A DNA stretch of 64,000 nt from an uncultured Gammaproteobacteria bacterium (GCA_963764725.1 CAVXTM010000001.1:192001-256000), one strand, 5' to 3'; shown: positions 52,529 through 63,183, counted from the first letter of the stretch. Numbers and translations: made by a program. Notes: generated by a model from the sequence alone, not told the origin.

Positions 52529-53227
52529 TCAGTATCTGCGATTGCCTGTCGGCCGATACAGCCGCACGTGGGGATACTTAAAAAATGGGATCAGCGCCAT
52601 TCCCGCGACAAAGCCGCTCGCATGAGCAGCAAACGCCACGCCCCCTTGGTCCGCGCTGGCGAGTGCCGAATAGAGTAACTGCATGCCAAACCATAGGCCC
52701 AGAACCCACAACGCGGGCAGGCGCATGGAGAGAAAGCTGAAAGGTATTAGAACTACGACTTGGGCACGCGGGAAGAGCAACAGATAAGCGCCAAGCACGC
52801 CCGAGATGGCGCCACTGGCGCCGATCATGGGGATCTTGCTTTCTGGGTTGAGCAAGGACTGGCCAAGCGCCGCGATCACACCGCACGCAAGGTAGAACAC
52901 AACGAAGCGCCCGTGCCCCATGGAGTCTTCGACATTGTTGCCGAAGATCCACAGGTACAGCATGTTGCCGATGAGATGCATGAAACCGCCATGCAGGAAC
53001 ATGGACGAAAAGACCGTGAACCACACCGGCGCCATCACCAGCTCCGGTGCTAATTCAATGTCCGTGAAGAATAAGGCGGGGATAAACCCTAAGCCATAAA
53101 CGGCCTGCTCGTAAGCTTCGGAATCCAAGGTACTCTGCCACAGAAAGATCAATGTGCAGGCGCCGATGAGAGCCACCGTCACCAGGGGGGTGCGGGCGGC
53201 CGGGTTATCATCGCGTAGCGGAATCAT
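52529..53227 (-). CDS. Rhomboid family intramembrane serine protease
   Basis: MIPLRDDNP, HLIGNM, GASG, AHASGF. Confidence 0.93.
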   Translation of the reverse strand: MIPLRDDNPAARTPLVTVALIGACTLIFLWQSTLDSEAYEQAVYGLGFIPALFFTDIELAPELVMAPVWFTVFSSMFLHGGFMHLIGNMLYLWIFGNNVEDSMGHGRFVVFYLACGVIAALGQSLLNPESKIPMIGASGAISGVLGAYLLLFPRAQVVVLIPFSFLSMRLPALWVLGLWFGMQLLYSALASADQGGVAFAAHASGFVAGMALIPFFKYPHVRLYRPTGNRRY

Positions 53228-53309
53228 GAGCGTTCACAATGGGTTTTTAGCAATGCTCAAACCGTATAATATACGATGACACCATAGCAGCGAGCCCGCA
53301 CAGCTAAAA

Positions 53310-53606
53310 ATGATAGGCGAAAAGAAAATCGATAGCCCGCTACTCGCGTCCTATGCCATCGCCGTTCTAACCGAGGATCACGGCGATCGCATGTTCGTCG
53401 CGCTCGATCAATACCGAAATCGGTTGGTCTGGTCGCGGAAGTACCGGCCGGCGGTCGTGTATGACAGCGAGGACAAGGCGCTTATGGCGATGCAGGACAT
53501 CAACGGCGGAGGACATCCGCATTTGGCCGACGAAAAGGCGGGGGTGGATCTCGCTACCATGTGCATATTGGAAACGAGCATTTCCTTCCGGTTCACGCGC
53601 CCGTGA
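53310..53606 (+). CDS. Hypothetical protein
   Basis: 98-aa ORF downstream of TATAAT at 53265-53270, co-oriented with the following operon. Confidence 0.45.
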   Translation: MIGEKKIDSPLLASYAIAVLTEDHGDRMFVALDQYRNRLVWSRKYRPAVVYDSEDKALMAMQDINGGGHPHLADEKAGVDLATMCILETSISFRFTRP

Positions 53607-53667
53607 GTGGGATTGAGATCACCGCTTACCACTCTCACGTCATCATCGGTATTACCTCTAGGTTTGG

Positions 53668-54393
53668 ATGACGCTCCCGGCCGAAACGCGGCTGCCCATC
53701 ATCATGCAGCCGCAACCCGACGAGGCCACCTGCGGTCCGACCTGCCTGCACGCCGTGTATCAATTCTACGGCGGCAAGGACAGTCTGCGCGCCGTGATCG
53801 AACGTACGCAGCGCCTCGACACCGGCGGTACGCTGGCTGTCTTCCTCGCCTGCGATGCCTTGCGACAGGGCTATGCCGCAACCATCTACACCTATAACCT
53901 GCAAGTCTTCGATCCCACCTGGTTTAAAGCACCCGGCGCCGATGTGAGCGAACGTCTGCGGCAACAGATGCGGTATAAAACTCACGAGAAATTACAAATC
54001 GCTTGCCGTGGCTACTTGGAATTTCTTGGTCTCGGTGGGCAGTTGCGCTTTACCGACCTGACGCGGCGTTTGATCCGCGAGTATCTTGGCCGCTCCATAC
54101 CGATCCTGACCGCTTTGAGCGCGACCTATCTCTATCGCAGCATGCGCGAGTACGGGCCCAAGGACACGCCCGACGATATCCGCGGCGAGCCCTCCGGCCA
54201 TTTCGTGATACTGTCCGGATACAATCCGGCCGAGCGCACGGTGCTGGTCTCCGATCCCTTGCTGCCGAACCCATTCTCCGACACCCATCTCTATGCGATC
54301 GACGTGGACCGAGTAATCTGCTCCGTGCTCCTGGGGATCCTCACCTACGACGCCAATGTGCTCATCATCGGGCCGCGCTCCCAAGCGCAGTGA
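53668..54393 (+). CDS. Peptidase C39-like protein
   Basis: QPDEATCGPTCL, GHFVILSGY, VSDP (Q-C-H-D papain-like set). Confidence 0.82.
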   Translation: MTLPAETRLPIIMQPQPDEATCGPTCLHAVYQFYGGKDSLRAVIERTQRLDTGGTLAVFLACDALRQGYAATIYTYNLQVFDPTWFKAPGADVSERLRQQMRYKTHEKLQIACRGYLEFLGLGGQLRFTDLTRRLIREYLGRSIPILTALSATYLYRSMREYGPKDTPDDIRGEPSGHFVILSGYNPAERTVLVSDPLLPNPFSDTHLYAIDVDRVICSVLLGILTYDANVLIIGPRSQAQ

Positions 54394-54405
54394 CACGACC
54401 CTTCG

Positions 54406-55878
54406 ATGTCTATTCTTATCGTCGTCAATAATCCTCGGGATTGGCCCTTGCACATTCCGGGGGTGGAGGTCGTTCCGGCCCGTGCCTACCTGAGCGATTC
54501 CAACTACAGCGTGGACCGCAGCGCCAAGGTTTTCAACCTTTGCAAATCCTACCGTTACCAGAGCGTCGGCTACTACGTCTCCCTGCTGGCCGCGGCCCGC
54601 GGCCACAAACCGCTCCCGAACATCAACACCATCGAGGATCTCAAGTCGCAGAACATCATTCGCCTTCTGGCCGAGGATCTGGATGATACGATCCAGCGCG
54701 CGCTTACGCCCTCCGGCAGCGAGGCATTCACGCTAAGCATCTATTTCGGACAGAATCCTCAGGGACGCTATGAAACCCTGAGCCGCCAGCTTTTCAACCT
54801 GTTCGAAGCGCCGGCCCTGCGCGCCCAGTTCGTCCGCGACCACGAATGGCGGCTCAAAAACGTGCGCCCGATCGCAGCCAACGAAATCCCCCCCGAGGAT
54901 CATGCCTTCGTGGTGGCCGCGGCCACGAACTATTTCTCCGGGCAGAAACGCCGCGTGCGCAAGCGCACCGTGCCGCGCTATGCCTTGGCTATCCTCCACA
55001 CCCCGAGCGAACCCCGGGGCGCTTCCGATACCAAGGCCCTGCAGCGTTTCGAGAAGGCCGCGGAAACCGTGGGGCTGGATGTCGAAATCATCTCCAAGGA
55101 CGATATTGGACGGCTTGCCGAATTCGACGCCTTGTTGATCCGCGACACCACGGCGGTCAATCACTATACCTATCGCTTCGCACGGCGTGCGGCCGCCGAG
55201 GGTTTGATCGTCATCGATGATCCAGACTCCATCCTCAAATGTACCAACAAAGTCTACTTGGCCGAGCTGCTCTTGCGCCACGGCGTTCCCACGCCCAAAA
55301 CGCTCGTCGTTCACCGCGACAACATCGATCAAATCGCCACCACGCTCGGCCTGCCGTGCGTCGTGAAACAGCCCGACAGCTCGTTCTCCCACGGGGTTGT
55401 GAAGATCGAGAATCTGCAGGATCTCGAGCCCACGGTGATCCAACTCTTGGAAAAGTCCGAGCTGGTCGTGGCGCAGGAATTCCTGCCCACGGAGTTCGAT
55501 TGGCGCGTGGGGATCTGCGACCGCCGCGCGCTCTACGTCTGCAAGTACTTCATGGTCCGCCGCCACTGGCAGATCATCAAGCGCGACGATTCCGGGAAAA
55601 TCGGCGGCGAAGGGAGCGTGCAGACGCTAAGCGTGGGTGAAACCCCCGAGGAAGTGATCCGCGCCGCGTTGAAGGCCGCGGATCTTATCGGCGATGGGCT
55701 ATACGGTGTCGATATCAAGCAAATCGGCCGGCGCTGCTGCGTGATCGAGGTCAACGACAACCCGAATATCGATGCCGGATACGAGGACGCCGTGCTGCGC
55801 GACGGCCTTTATCGGGAGATCATGGGAATATTTTTAAGGCGGATCGTGGAGCGCAAGCAAGCTCGGCACGAACGATGA
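54406..55878 (+). CDS. RimK-family ATP-grasp ligase with N-terminal RLAN domain
   Basis: NLCKSYRYQSVGYYVSLLA, CTNKVYL, KQPDSSFS, QEF, IEVNDNP. Confidence 0.88.
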   Translation: MSILIVVNNPRDWPLHIPGVEVVPARAYLSDSNYSVDRSAKVFNLCKSYRYQSVGYYVSLLAAARGHKPLPNINTIEDLKSQNIIRLLAEDLDDTIQRALTPSGSEAFTLSIYFGQNPQGRYETLSRQLFNLFEAPALRAQFVRDHEWRLKNVRPIAANEIPPEDHAFVVAAATNYFSGQKRRVRKRTVPRYALAILHTPSEPRGASDTKALQRFEKAAETVGLDVEIISKDDIGRLAEFDALLIRDTTAVNHYTYRFARRAAAEGLIVIDDPDSILKCTNKVYLAELLLRHGVPTPKTLVVHRDNIDQIATTLGLPCVVKQPDSSFSHGVVKIENLQDLEPTVIQLLEKSELVVAQEFLPTEFDWRVGICDRRALYVCKYFMVRRHWQIIKRDDSGKIGGEGSVQTLSVGETPEEVIRAALKAADLIGDGLYGVDIKQIGRRCCVIEVNDNPNIDAGYEDAVLRDGLYREIMGIFLRRIVERKQARHER

Positions 55879-57116
55879 TCTCGGTGAGCGCGGGCCCACT
55901 GTCCTTGTTTGCCGGCTTCGGGATCGAGCTCGAGTACATGATCGTCGACCGTGCGAGCTTGGATGTCTTGCCGATCGCCGATAAGCTCATCCATGCCGTG
56001 GCCGGCAATTATCGATCCGAGCTCGAGCAAGGGGAGCTTGCCTGGTCCAATGAGTTGGTCCTGCATGTTATCGAGATCAAGACCAATGGGCCGGCCGGCG
56101 CGCTGCAACCCTTACCGGCGCTGTTCCATCGCGACATCAGGCACATCAACGAGTTACTCGCGCCGCATGAAGCCTGTCTGATGCCCGGGGCCGTACATCC
56201 TTGGATGGATCCGCGTAGCGACACCCGGCTCTGGCCGCACGAGTACAACCCCGTCTACGAAGCCTATGACCGGATCTTCGGCTGCCAGGGACATGGGTGG
56301 TCGAATTTGCAAAGCGTGCACCTTAACCTGCCGTTCGCGGGCGATGCGGAGTTCGCACGCTTGCATGCCGCCATTCGCGTGCTGCTACCAGTGTTGCCTG
56401 CCCTCGCCGCAAGCTCGCCTATCGTCGAAGGACAGTTCACCGGCATGCTCGACTACCGGCTCGAAGCCTATCGCTTGAACGCGTGCAAGATCCCCTCGAT
56501 CACCGGGCGCGTGATCCCCGAAACCGTGTCGAGCCGCAGAGACTACGAGGCCATGATCCTCGGCCCGATGTACCGCGATATCGCGCCCTTCGATCCGGCA
56601 GCCATTCTGCGACAGGAGTGGCTCAACTCGCGCGGCGCCATCGCGCGCTTTGACCGTTCGGCGATCGAAATCCGAGTCCTCGATATTCAGGAATGTCCGC
56701 TGGCGGACTTGGCGGTTCTAGCCGCCATCGTGAGCACGTTGCGGTGGCTCACCGCCGGAGACTGGGGCGATCTCAAAGCACAGCAAGCGCTTACGACTGA
56801 GGAACTGGAGGCTATCCTGCTGGAAACCGCGCGTAGCGGCGAACAAGCGATCATCGACAATACGCACTTTCTGCGTGTTTTGAAGTTCCCGGAACGGCGT
56901 TGCGAGGCGCGCGATCTCTGGCAACATCTGATGGAGACGGCGCCCGCGGGTGAGCTCTGGCGCACACCCCTGTGGACGATCCTGCGCTCGGGCCCGCTCG
57001 CGCGGCGCCTGCTGCGCGCCGCGGGTAAGGAGCCGAAACGCTCGCGCCTCATCGCGGTTTACGCCGAGCTTTGCCGCTGCCTGGCCGAGGGACGCCAGTT
57101 CCTTGGCCTCGATTAA
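55875..57116 (+). CDS. Glutamate--cysteine ligase family 2 (carboxylate-amine ligase)
   Basis: GIELEYMIVD, NELVLHVIEIKT, SVHLN, IEIRVLD. Confidence 0.85.
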   Translation: MISVSAGPLSLFAGFGIELEYMIVDRASLDVLPIADKLIHAVAGNYRSELEQGELAWSNELVLHVIEIKTNGPAGALQPLPALFHRDIRHINELLAPHEACLMPGAVHPWMDPRSDTRLWPHEYNPVYEAYDRIFGCQGHGWSNLQSVHLNLPFAGDAEFARLHAAIRVLLPVLPALAASSPIVEGQFTGMLDYRLEAYRLNACKIPSITGRVIPETVSSRRDYEAMILGPMYRDIAPFDPAAILRQEWLNSRGAIARFDRSAIEIRVLDIQECPLADLAVLAAIVSTLRWLTAGDWGDLKAQQALTTEELEAILLETARSGEQAIIDNTHFLRVLKFPERRCEARDLWQHLMETAPAGELWRTPLWTILRSGPLARRLLRAAGKEPKRSRLIAVYAELCRCLAEGRQFLGLD

Positions 57117-57819
57117 TTGCGTTATTGTCACCTGCGAGCACGCGAGCCGCCGCGTGCCGTCCCGCTACCGTGCGTTATTTCGTGGTCAGGAAGCAGTGCT
57201 CAAAACTCATCGCGGATCCGATCTCGGCGCGCTACGGCTCGCGCGCGAGCTCGCTATGGCGTTGGAAGCACCGCTCTTCGCCGGGAGCGTAACTAGGCTC
57301 CTAATCGATCTGAATCGCTCCTTACATCACATGAAGTTGTACTCCGCGATCTCGCGCGCTTCTAACGAGAACGACCTGCGGAGGCTCGCCGCGAACTATT
57401 ACCTGCCGTACCGGAACGCGGTGGAAAATTGGATCGCGCGCCGCGCCCGCCGAGGCCGCACAGTCTTGCACCTTTCCGTCCATAGCTTCACGCCGGTTTT
57501 GGACGGGCAGGTACGGCATGCCGATATCGGGCTTCTTTACGATCCCCGGCGGGCGTTGGAACGAACGCTCTGCGGCGCGTGGCGCCGGGCCCTTTGCAGG
57601 GCGGCGCCTGAGCTTACGCTACGGCTAAATTACCCTTATCGCGGTACGGCGGACGGCTTTACGGCATACCTCCGCGACCGGTTCCCTTCTAGCGCTTATC
57701 TCGGGATCGAAATAGAAGTCAACCAAACGCTTGTCCGTAGCGGCTGGAAGCCGCTACGGCAGTTGCTTCGCGCGACACTCAAGGAAACTCTTTGCAGCAT
57801 GCTTCCATCGGCTGCTTAA
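57103..57819 (+). CDS. N-formylglutamate amidohydrolase family
   Basis: TCEHAS, HRGSDLGA, RLLIDLNR, HSFTP, EIEVNQ; TTG start inferred. Confidence 0.85.
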   Translation: MASINCVIVTCEHASRRVPSRYRALFRGQEAVLKTHRGSDLGALRLARELAMALEAPLFAGSVTRLLIDLNRSLHHMKLYSAISRASNENDLRRLAANYYLPYRNAVENWIARRARRGRTVLHLSVHSFTPVLDGQVRHADIGLLYDPRRALERTLCGAWRRALCRAAPELTLRLNYPYRGTADGFTAYLRDRFPSSAYLGIEIEVNQTLVRSGWKPLRQLLRATLKETLCSMLPSAA

Positions 57820-57920
57820 TCGCTGTTTAATAGCAACTGCGACGCCCGATCAGCTCCGCTCGAGCTGGGGTTTTTGTGCACGGCTTTTGCTGTCTATGCG
57901 CATCGGGAGACTAACTAATC

Positions 57921-59393
57921 ATGACCAAGACTGCAGCGATTCCATTCCAGACATTACTCGGCGGACTGTTTCTAGCCTTGGGAACTTTGATTCCGGCGGC
58001 TTCCGCGGCCACCCCGCGGGCTGACACCGCTTCCAGAAGCATTGGCGACCCGTTCCCCCAGCCGCCGGAACTGCGAGATGCGGTGGATTTTTGGCGGCGG
58101 GTGTTCGCCGTTTGGCGACGCGACCAGGTCGTTTTGCACGATACCGAAAACCTAGGCATCGTCTACGACATCGTTGAACTTCCGGGGGCGGTGGGGGACG
58201 CGCAGACCCCACGCCAACAAGCCTACGTGCGTGCCCGGAGACTATCCTTGGAGCGCGGATTGCGGGAGCTGGCGCGCCGGGTCAAGTTTAGAATGGGCTT
58301 GAACAAAGAACAGCAGCGTCTGCTCGGTGTGATCGGTCACGGCGCCGGCACCCATGTCGTGGCGGGCGCGGACTCCCGGGTACGGGCCCAGCGCGGTATG
58401 CGCGAGCGGTTCCTGAAAGGTCTGGAGATCAGCGGCCGCTACGATCGGCTCATGCGCGATATATTCCGCGACGCGGCGTTGCCCGAGGATCTCGCGCTCC
58501 TACCCCACATTGAATCGTCGTTCGTTAACAACGCCCGCTCCTCGGCGGGCGCCGCCGGGATTTGGCAGTTCATGCCGGAGACTGGCCGGCGGTTCCTCCG
58601 CATCAACAGCGCGGTCGATGAACGCTTCGATCCTATCCTGGCCGCGCATGGCGCCGCCCGCTACTTGCGGAACGCCTACGATGATCTCGGCGACTGGGCC
58701 CTCGCCATCACTTCTTATAACCACGGCGTGGGCGGGATGGTGCGCGCTCAACGGCAGTTCGGGCGTGACTTCGGTCGCATCGTCCGGAGCTACCGCGGCA
58801 AGACCTTTGGATTTTCCTCACGTAACTTTTACGCAGAATTTCTGGCTGTCCGTTCCATCCTTGATGCTGAACGGCGCTATTTCCCCGAAGGGGTGCGCTA
58901 CCAGCGCCCCTTGAACCATCAACGTTTCCGGTTGAAACAAACGCTTCCTCTCACGCGACTAGCAACGAGTTACGGCGTCCACCGCGAGCTTCTCGTTGAT
59001 CTTAACCCGGCCTGGACACGGCGGGCGGCGCGCGGACTCGTTTCCCTACCGGCCGGTTCTGAGATCTGGTTGCCGAGCGGGACTCGGCTTGCGAGTGCGG
59101 GGACTTTCGCGGAATCGGTATCGCCGGCGGGCCGGGAGTTCATTCGCCCGAGCGGAGAATTCCTGCGCGCGGGTTTGGTCTACAACCCGATGAAGTTTTC
59201 GCCGATCCCCACCGAAACAATGCCGCGGCGGAAGCGGTCTAAGGACCGTACCCATATCGTGCGGAAAGGCGAATCGTGCTCTTTGGTCGCAAGCCGATAT
59301 AACGTACCGTTGAAGGACCTTATGGCTATGAACGATATCGGGCACCGGGGCACCATCCGGCCCGGACAGCGATTGCGTATCCCGGCGCGTTAG
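57921..59393 (+). CDS. Lytic transglycosylase (SLT) with LysM domain, MltD-like
   Basis: IESSF, AAGIWQFM, SYNHG, C-terminal LysM. Confidence 0.9.
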   Translation: MTKTAAIPFQTLLGGLFLALGTLIPAASAATPRADTASRSIGDPFPQPPELRDAVDFWRRVFAVWRRDQVVLHDTENLGIVYDIVELPGAVGDAQTPRQQAYVRARRLSLERGLRELARRVKFRMGLNKEQQRLLGVIGHGAGTHVVAGADSRVRAQRGMRERFLKGLEISGRYDRLMRDIFRDAALPEDLALLPHIESSFVNNARSSAGAAGIWQFMPETGRRFLRINSAVDERFDPILAAHGAARYLRNAYDDLGDWALAITSYNHGVGGMVRAQRQFGRDFGRIVRSYRGKTFGFSSRNFYAEFLAVRSILDAERRYFPEGVRYQRPLNHQRFRLKQTLPLTRLATSYGVHRELLVDLNPAWTRRAARGLVSLPAGSEIWLPSGTRLASAGTFAESVSPAGREFIRPSGEFLRAGLVYNPMKFSPIPTETMPRRKRSKDRTHIVRKGESCSLVASRYNVPLKDLMAMNDIGHRGTIRPGQRLRIPAR

Positions 59394-59415
59394 GGAGAAT
59401 AAATAAAGCCGCGCC

Positions 59416-62400
59416 ATGACACGCAGGGCACGCAAAATATTGGTGAGGATCTTGTCCTGGAGCGCGGTGGCCGGGCTCGTAACCGTCGGGGCGCATTTCC
59501 TTATCGAGGAAATGGATTCGTCGGCGCTCCAATCCCGCTATCTTTCGTCCTTAGGCACCCAACTGACCTATACCCTGGAACCGGGATCGAGCGCGCAAAT
59601 TCGCTTTCCCGAGACCGGACCCTATGATTTGCGGCTCGGTTATGTCGGCCTCCCGGCCTTTGTTAAGCGTCTGCGGCAGTTCGGTTACGAGGTCGAGAAG
59701 CAGGCACGCTTCTCGCCCATGCTGGAGCGCGTGGTCGACGCCGGATTGTTTACCGCGTACCGGGAGAAAACCCAGGGGGGGCTCCGGATCTTCGATCGTG
59801 ACGATCGCCTCCTTTTCAAAGCGATCTACCCGGCGCGCGTCTACTCGGACTTCGCGTCGATTCCACCGCTCGTTCTGCACACCTTGCTTTACATCGAAAA
59901 CCGGGAACTGCTGGACGAGAACAAGCGCCATAAGAATCCGGCAATAGAATGGGACCGCTTCGGACGGGCGGTGTTCGAAGGACTGACGCAAAAACTGGGC
60001 GCCAATATCCATGTCACCGGGGGCAGCACGCTGGCCACACAACTGGAGAAATACCGTCATTCGCCGGGTGGCCAGACAGCTTCTGTCGGGGACAAGTTAC
60101 GGCAGATGGCGAGCGCCTCGTTGCGCGCTTACCTCCAGAGTCCCGACACCTTCGAGTCCCGGCGCGCAATCGCGCTTGCCTATGTGAATACCATCCCACT
60201 CGCGGCCGCCCGCGGTTACGGCGAAGTTCACGGCCTCGGCGATGGCCTGTGGGTTTGGTATGGCCAGGATTTTTCGGCGGTGAATGATCTGTTGCGCGAG
60301 GAAGGTATCGGCGGTGCTGGGCTCGGGGAGCGGGCAGCAGCTTACCGCGACACGCTGTCGCTGCTATTGGCCCAGCGGCGTCCAGCGTACTTCCTCGGGG
60401 GCGGTCATAAGGCGTTGCAACGGTTAGCCGACAGCTACCTGCGGCTCCTCGCGACTGATGGCATCATCCCAGCCGCTTTGCGTGATGCCGCCCTCAGAAG
60501 ACGCAACGTGCCGCGCCACGGACCCGTGGAGCAAGCGCAACGAGAGTTTGCCGATCATAAAACCGAGACCGTGCTGCGCTCTCGTTTAGCCCAGGCACTG
60601 GGTGTCTCGCGCTTGTATGATCTGGATCGGCTGGATCTGAGCGCGAAAAGCACCATCGATAAATCAGCGCAGCAGGCCGTGACGCACGCTTTGCGAAGTC
60701 TTTCTGTTATGGAACACGCCCACGCCGCGGGGCTCGTTGGGTTTCGCTTGTTTGGCGAAGGCAACGATTTAAGCCGTGTAGTCTATAGCATGACCCTATT
60801 CGAGCGCAGCCCGAAGGGTAATCTTCTACGGGTGCAGACCGATAGTTACGCAAACCCGCTCGACATCAACGAGGGCGTGCGACTGGATCTCGGATCGACC
60901 GCCAAGCTGCGTACTCTGGTGCATTATCTCGAGATCGTGGCCGAGGTACATCGGCGCTACGCGGGCGCCAAGGGCAAGGAACTTAATAAGCCCGACGTTC
61001 ATGCGCGCGACCGCCTATCGCAGTGGGTGGTCGACCAGTTGCGTTCAAACCCGCACATGACGCTCTCCGCGCTACTGAGCCGCGCTTTGGAACGGCGGTA
61101 TTCGGCCAACCCCGGGGAACAATTTTTTACCGGCGGAGGGCTGCACAGTTTCGTCAACTTCAACGCCGCCGATAATGGCAAGGTCCTGTCCGTCCGGGAG
61201 GGATTGCGCGATTCCGTAAACCTTGTTTTTATCCGCATAATGCGCGACATCGTGTATTACCATCTGTACAAACCCGGGAGCGTGGGACGTAAGACCGAAT
61301 TCGCCGACAGCGAGTGGCGCCGCAAGTATCTTGAGCGTTTTGCCGACCAGGAGGGCCAAGCGTTTCTGCGCCGCTTCTATGCGAAGTACAGGGGCAAAAA
61401 ACCGGGCCAAGTGATGAACTTACTGGCCGAGAGCGTCTACCCTACCGCGGTGCGTCTGGCCACCGTCTATCGCTCGGTTTTTCCCGACCGCACCTTGCGC
61501 GCGTTTACCGGATACCTGCGTCAACACGTCGATGCTGCTCACCTTTCGGAGCCCAAGGTCAAAGACCTCTATGATAAGTATTCTCCCGAACGCTACAATC
61601 TGCACGACCGCGGTTATCTAGCCCACATCCATCCGCTGGAGCTGTGGCTTGTAACTTACCTCATAGCACACCCCGCCGCCCCCTTCGCGGATGTCGTTGC
61701 GGCGAGCACGCAACAACGCCAGGAGGTGTATCAATGGCTGTTTAAGACCCGCCGTAAGCATGCCCAGGACAAACGCATCCAAGGCTTGCTCGAAATAGAG
61801 GCTTTCGGAGACGTTCACAGCGCGTGGCAACGCCTTGGATATCCATTTGAGACCCTCACGCCTTCTTATGCTTGCGCTATCGGCGCCTCCGCGGATCGTC
61901 CCGGGGCGCTGGCGGAGCTCGTTGGGATCCTGCTTAATGAGGGCGTGCGCTATCCGGCGGTCCGTTTCGAATCTCTGCACTTCGCGGCGAGCACGCCTTA
62001 TGAGACAGTTATCGAGCGGCCGCTTGCGCACGGACAGGCGGTGCTTGCGCCCGAGGTCGCGGCCGCGGCGCGCGCCGCGCTCATCGATGTGGTTGAGAAC
62101 GGCACGGCGCAGAGGCTTAAAGGGGCAATTAAAGATCCTCGCGGCATGCCATTGATTGTCGCTGGCAAGACCGGCACCGGCGATCATCGCCGAGACGTTT
62201 ATGGCGCGGGCGGACGCCTGATCGAGTCGCGCGTTCTAAACCGCACGGCGACCTTCGCCTTTATCCTTGGCGAACGGTTCTTCGGCGCCATCACCGCGTT
62301 TGTGTCGGGCCCGGAAGCGGCGCGTTATCGTTTTACGAGCGCGCTACCGGTGCAGGTTTTGAAATCCCTTGCGCCGATCTTAGAGCCTGTCATTGCGCGC

Positions 62401-62487
62401 GCAGAGCCTGTGGCAGTTCGGGGTTTACTTGCCACTAAGGATAGCCCATCGGTGCAGGCGACGATTAAGGGGGCGCACAAAGGTTGA
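59416..62487 (+). CDS. Large class A PBP-like transglycosylase/transpeptidase
   Basis: IENRE, GGSTLATQLEK; STAK, SVN, KTGT. Confidence 0.8.
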   Translation: MTRRARKILVRILSWSAVAGLVTVGAHFLIEEMDSSALQSRYLSSLGTQLTYTLEPGSSAQIRFPETGPYDLRLGYVGLPAFVKRLRQFGYEVEKQARFSPMLERVVDAGLFTAYREKTQGGLRIFDRDDRLLFKAIYPARVYSDFASIPPLVLHTLLYIENRELLDENKRHKNPAIEWDRFGRAVFEGLTQKLGANIHVTGGSTLATQLEKYRHSPGGQTASVGDKLRQMASASLRAYLQSPDTFESRRAIALAYVNTIPLAAARGYGEVHGLGDGLWVWYGQDFSAVNDLLREEGIGGAGLGERAAAYRDTLSLLLAQRRPAYFLGGGHKALQRLADSYLRLLATDGIIPAALRDAALRRRNVPRHGPVEQAQREFADHKTETVLRSRLAQALGVSRLYDLDRLDLSAKSTIDKSAQQAVTHALRSLSVMEHAHAAGLVGFRLFGEGNDLSRVVYSMTLFERSPKGNLLRVQTDSYANPLDINEGVRLDLGSTAKLRTLVHYLEIVAEVHRRYAGAKGKELNKPDVHARDRLSQWVVDQLRSNPHMTLSALLSRALERRYSANPGEQFFTGGGLHSFVNFNAADNGKVLSVREGLRDSVNLVFIRIMRDIVYYHLYKPGSVGRKTEFADSEWRRKYLERFADQEGQAFLRRFYAKYRGKKPGQVMNLLAESVYPTAVRLATVYRSVFPDRTLRAFTGYLRQHVDAAHLSEPKVKDLYDKYSPERYNLHDRGYLAHIHPLELWLVTYLIAHPAAPFADVVAASTQQRQEVYQWLFKTRRKHAQDKRIQGLLEIEAFGDVHSAWQRLGYPFETLTPSYACAIGASADRPGALAELVGILLNEGVRYPAVRFESLHFAASTPYETVIERPLAHGQAVLAPEVAAAARAALIDVVENGTAQRLKGAIKDPRGMPLIVAGKTGTGDHRRDVYGAGGRLIESRVLNRTATFAFILGERFFGAITAFVSGPEAARYRFTSALPVQVLKSLAPILEPVIARAEPVAVRGLLATKDSPSVQATIKGAHKG

Positions 62488-62782
62488 ACTGCGTTCCGCG
62501 CGATTGGCGCCCGTGTCCAAAGCCGTCGCGCGCCATTTCGCGTACTTTCACGCCCGCTGCATGCATGGTCTTCGCGGCGTGACCCGCGAAGTTGTCGACG
62601 GTTGGTCGGATCGCTCGACCCATCGGCTACACCATTCCATTCGACAGTACCCGAGCTAAGACTAGGTGTCCCGCAAATGAATTGCCTGGCTGACGTTGGG
62701 CGACACGAGCGCTCCTGGCACGCAAATAGCCTGAATCCCTATGAGAGCACAAGAAGCCTCGACCATATTAGAGAGAACCACA

Positions 62783-62956
62783 ATGGCAAATCTGAAAGAA
62801 CGCTTCGGAGAGATGGAATCTCTTCAGGCCCAACACGTAAGCCGGGAAGACACGCTCGTTAACTGGTCCCTGGATGATTTCTCAGACATCGTACCCATGT
62901 CGTTACTCCGTGACGACCCCAGCTTGATGAAAGTCCCCGACGAATTTATTCACTGA
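62783..62956 (+). CDS. Small hypothetical protein
   Basis: 57-aa acidic ORF with a GAGAG RBS-like sequence. Confidence 0.45.
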   Translation: MANLKERFGEMESLQAQHVSREDTLVNWSLDDFSDIVPMSLLRDDPSLMKVPDEFIH

Positions 62957-62979
62957 TATTCTGTGATACGGAGAGTCCC

Positions 62980-63183
62980 ATGACACGGACACAAGCTCTA
63001 GCGGTAGACGAAGCGTGCCTCTCCCGGCTGATCGACCAACGCTACGGCGATGGGCAAATCTATCTGAAGAACGCCAATGAGAAACCCATCCTACCGGCGG
63101 GTATTTACTTGGGACTGGTGAGTGAAGAGGGCTACATGACCCGCCACGGCAAACAGTTATGGGCCCAGCATATGGGCGGCTAG
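62980..63183 (+). CDS. Small hypothetical protein
   Basis: 67 aa, GGAG RBS; C-terminal GLVSEEGYMTRHGK resembles a winged-helix wing. Confidence 0.55.
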   Translation: MTRTQALAVDEACLSRLIDQRYGDGQIYLKNANEKPILPAGIYLGLVSEEGYMTRHGKQLWAQHMGG

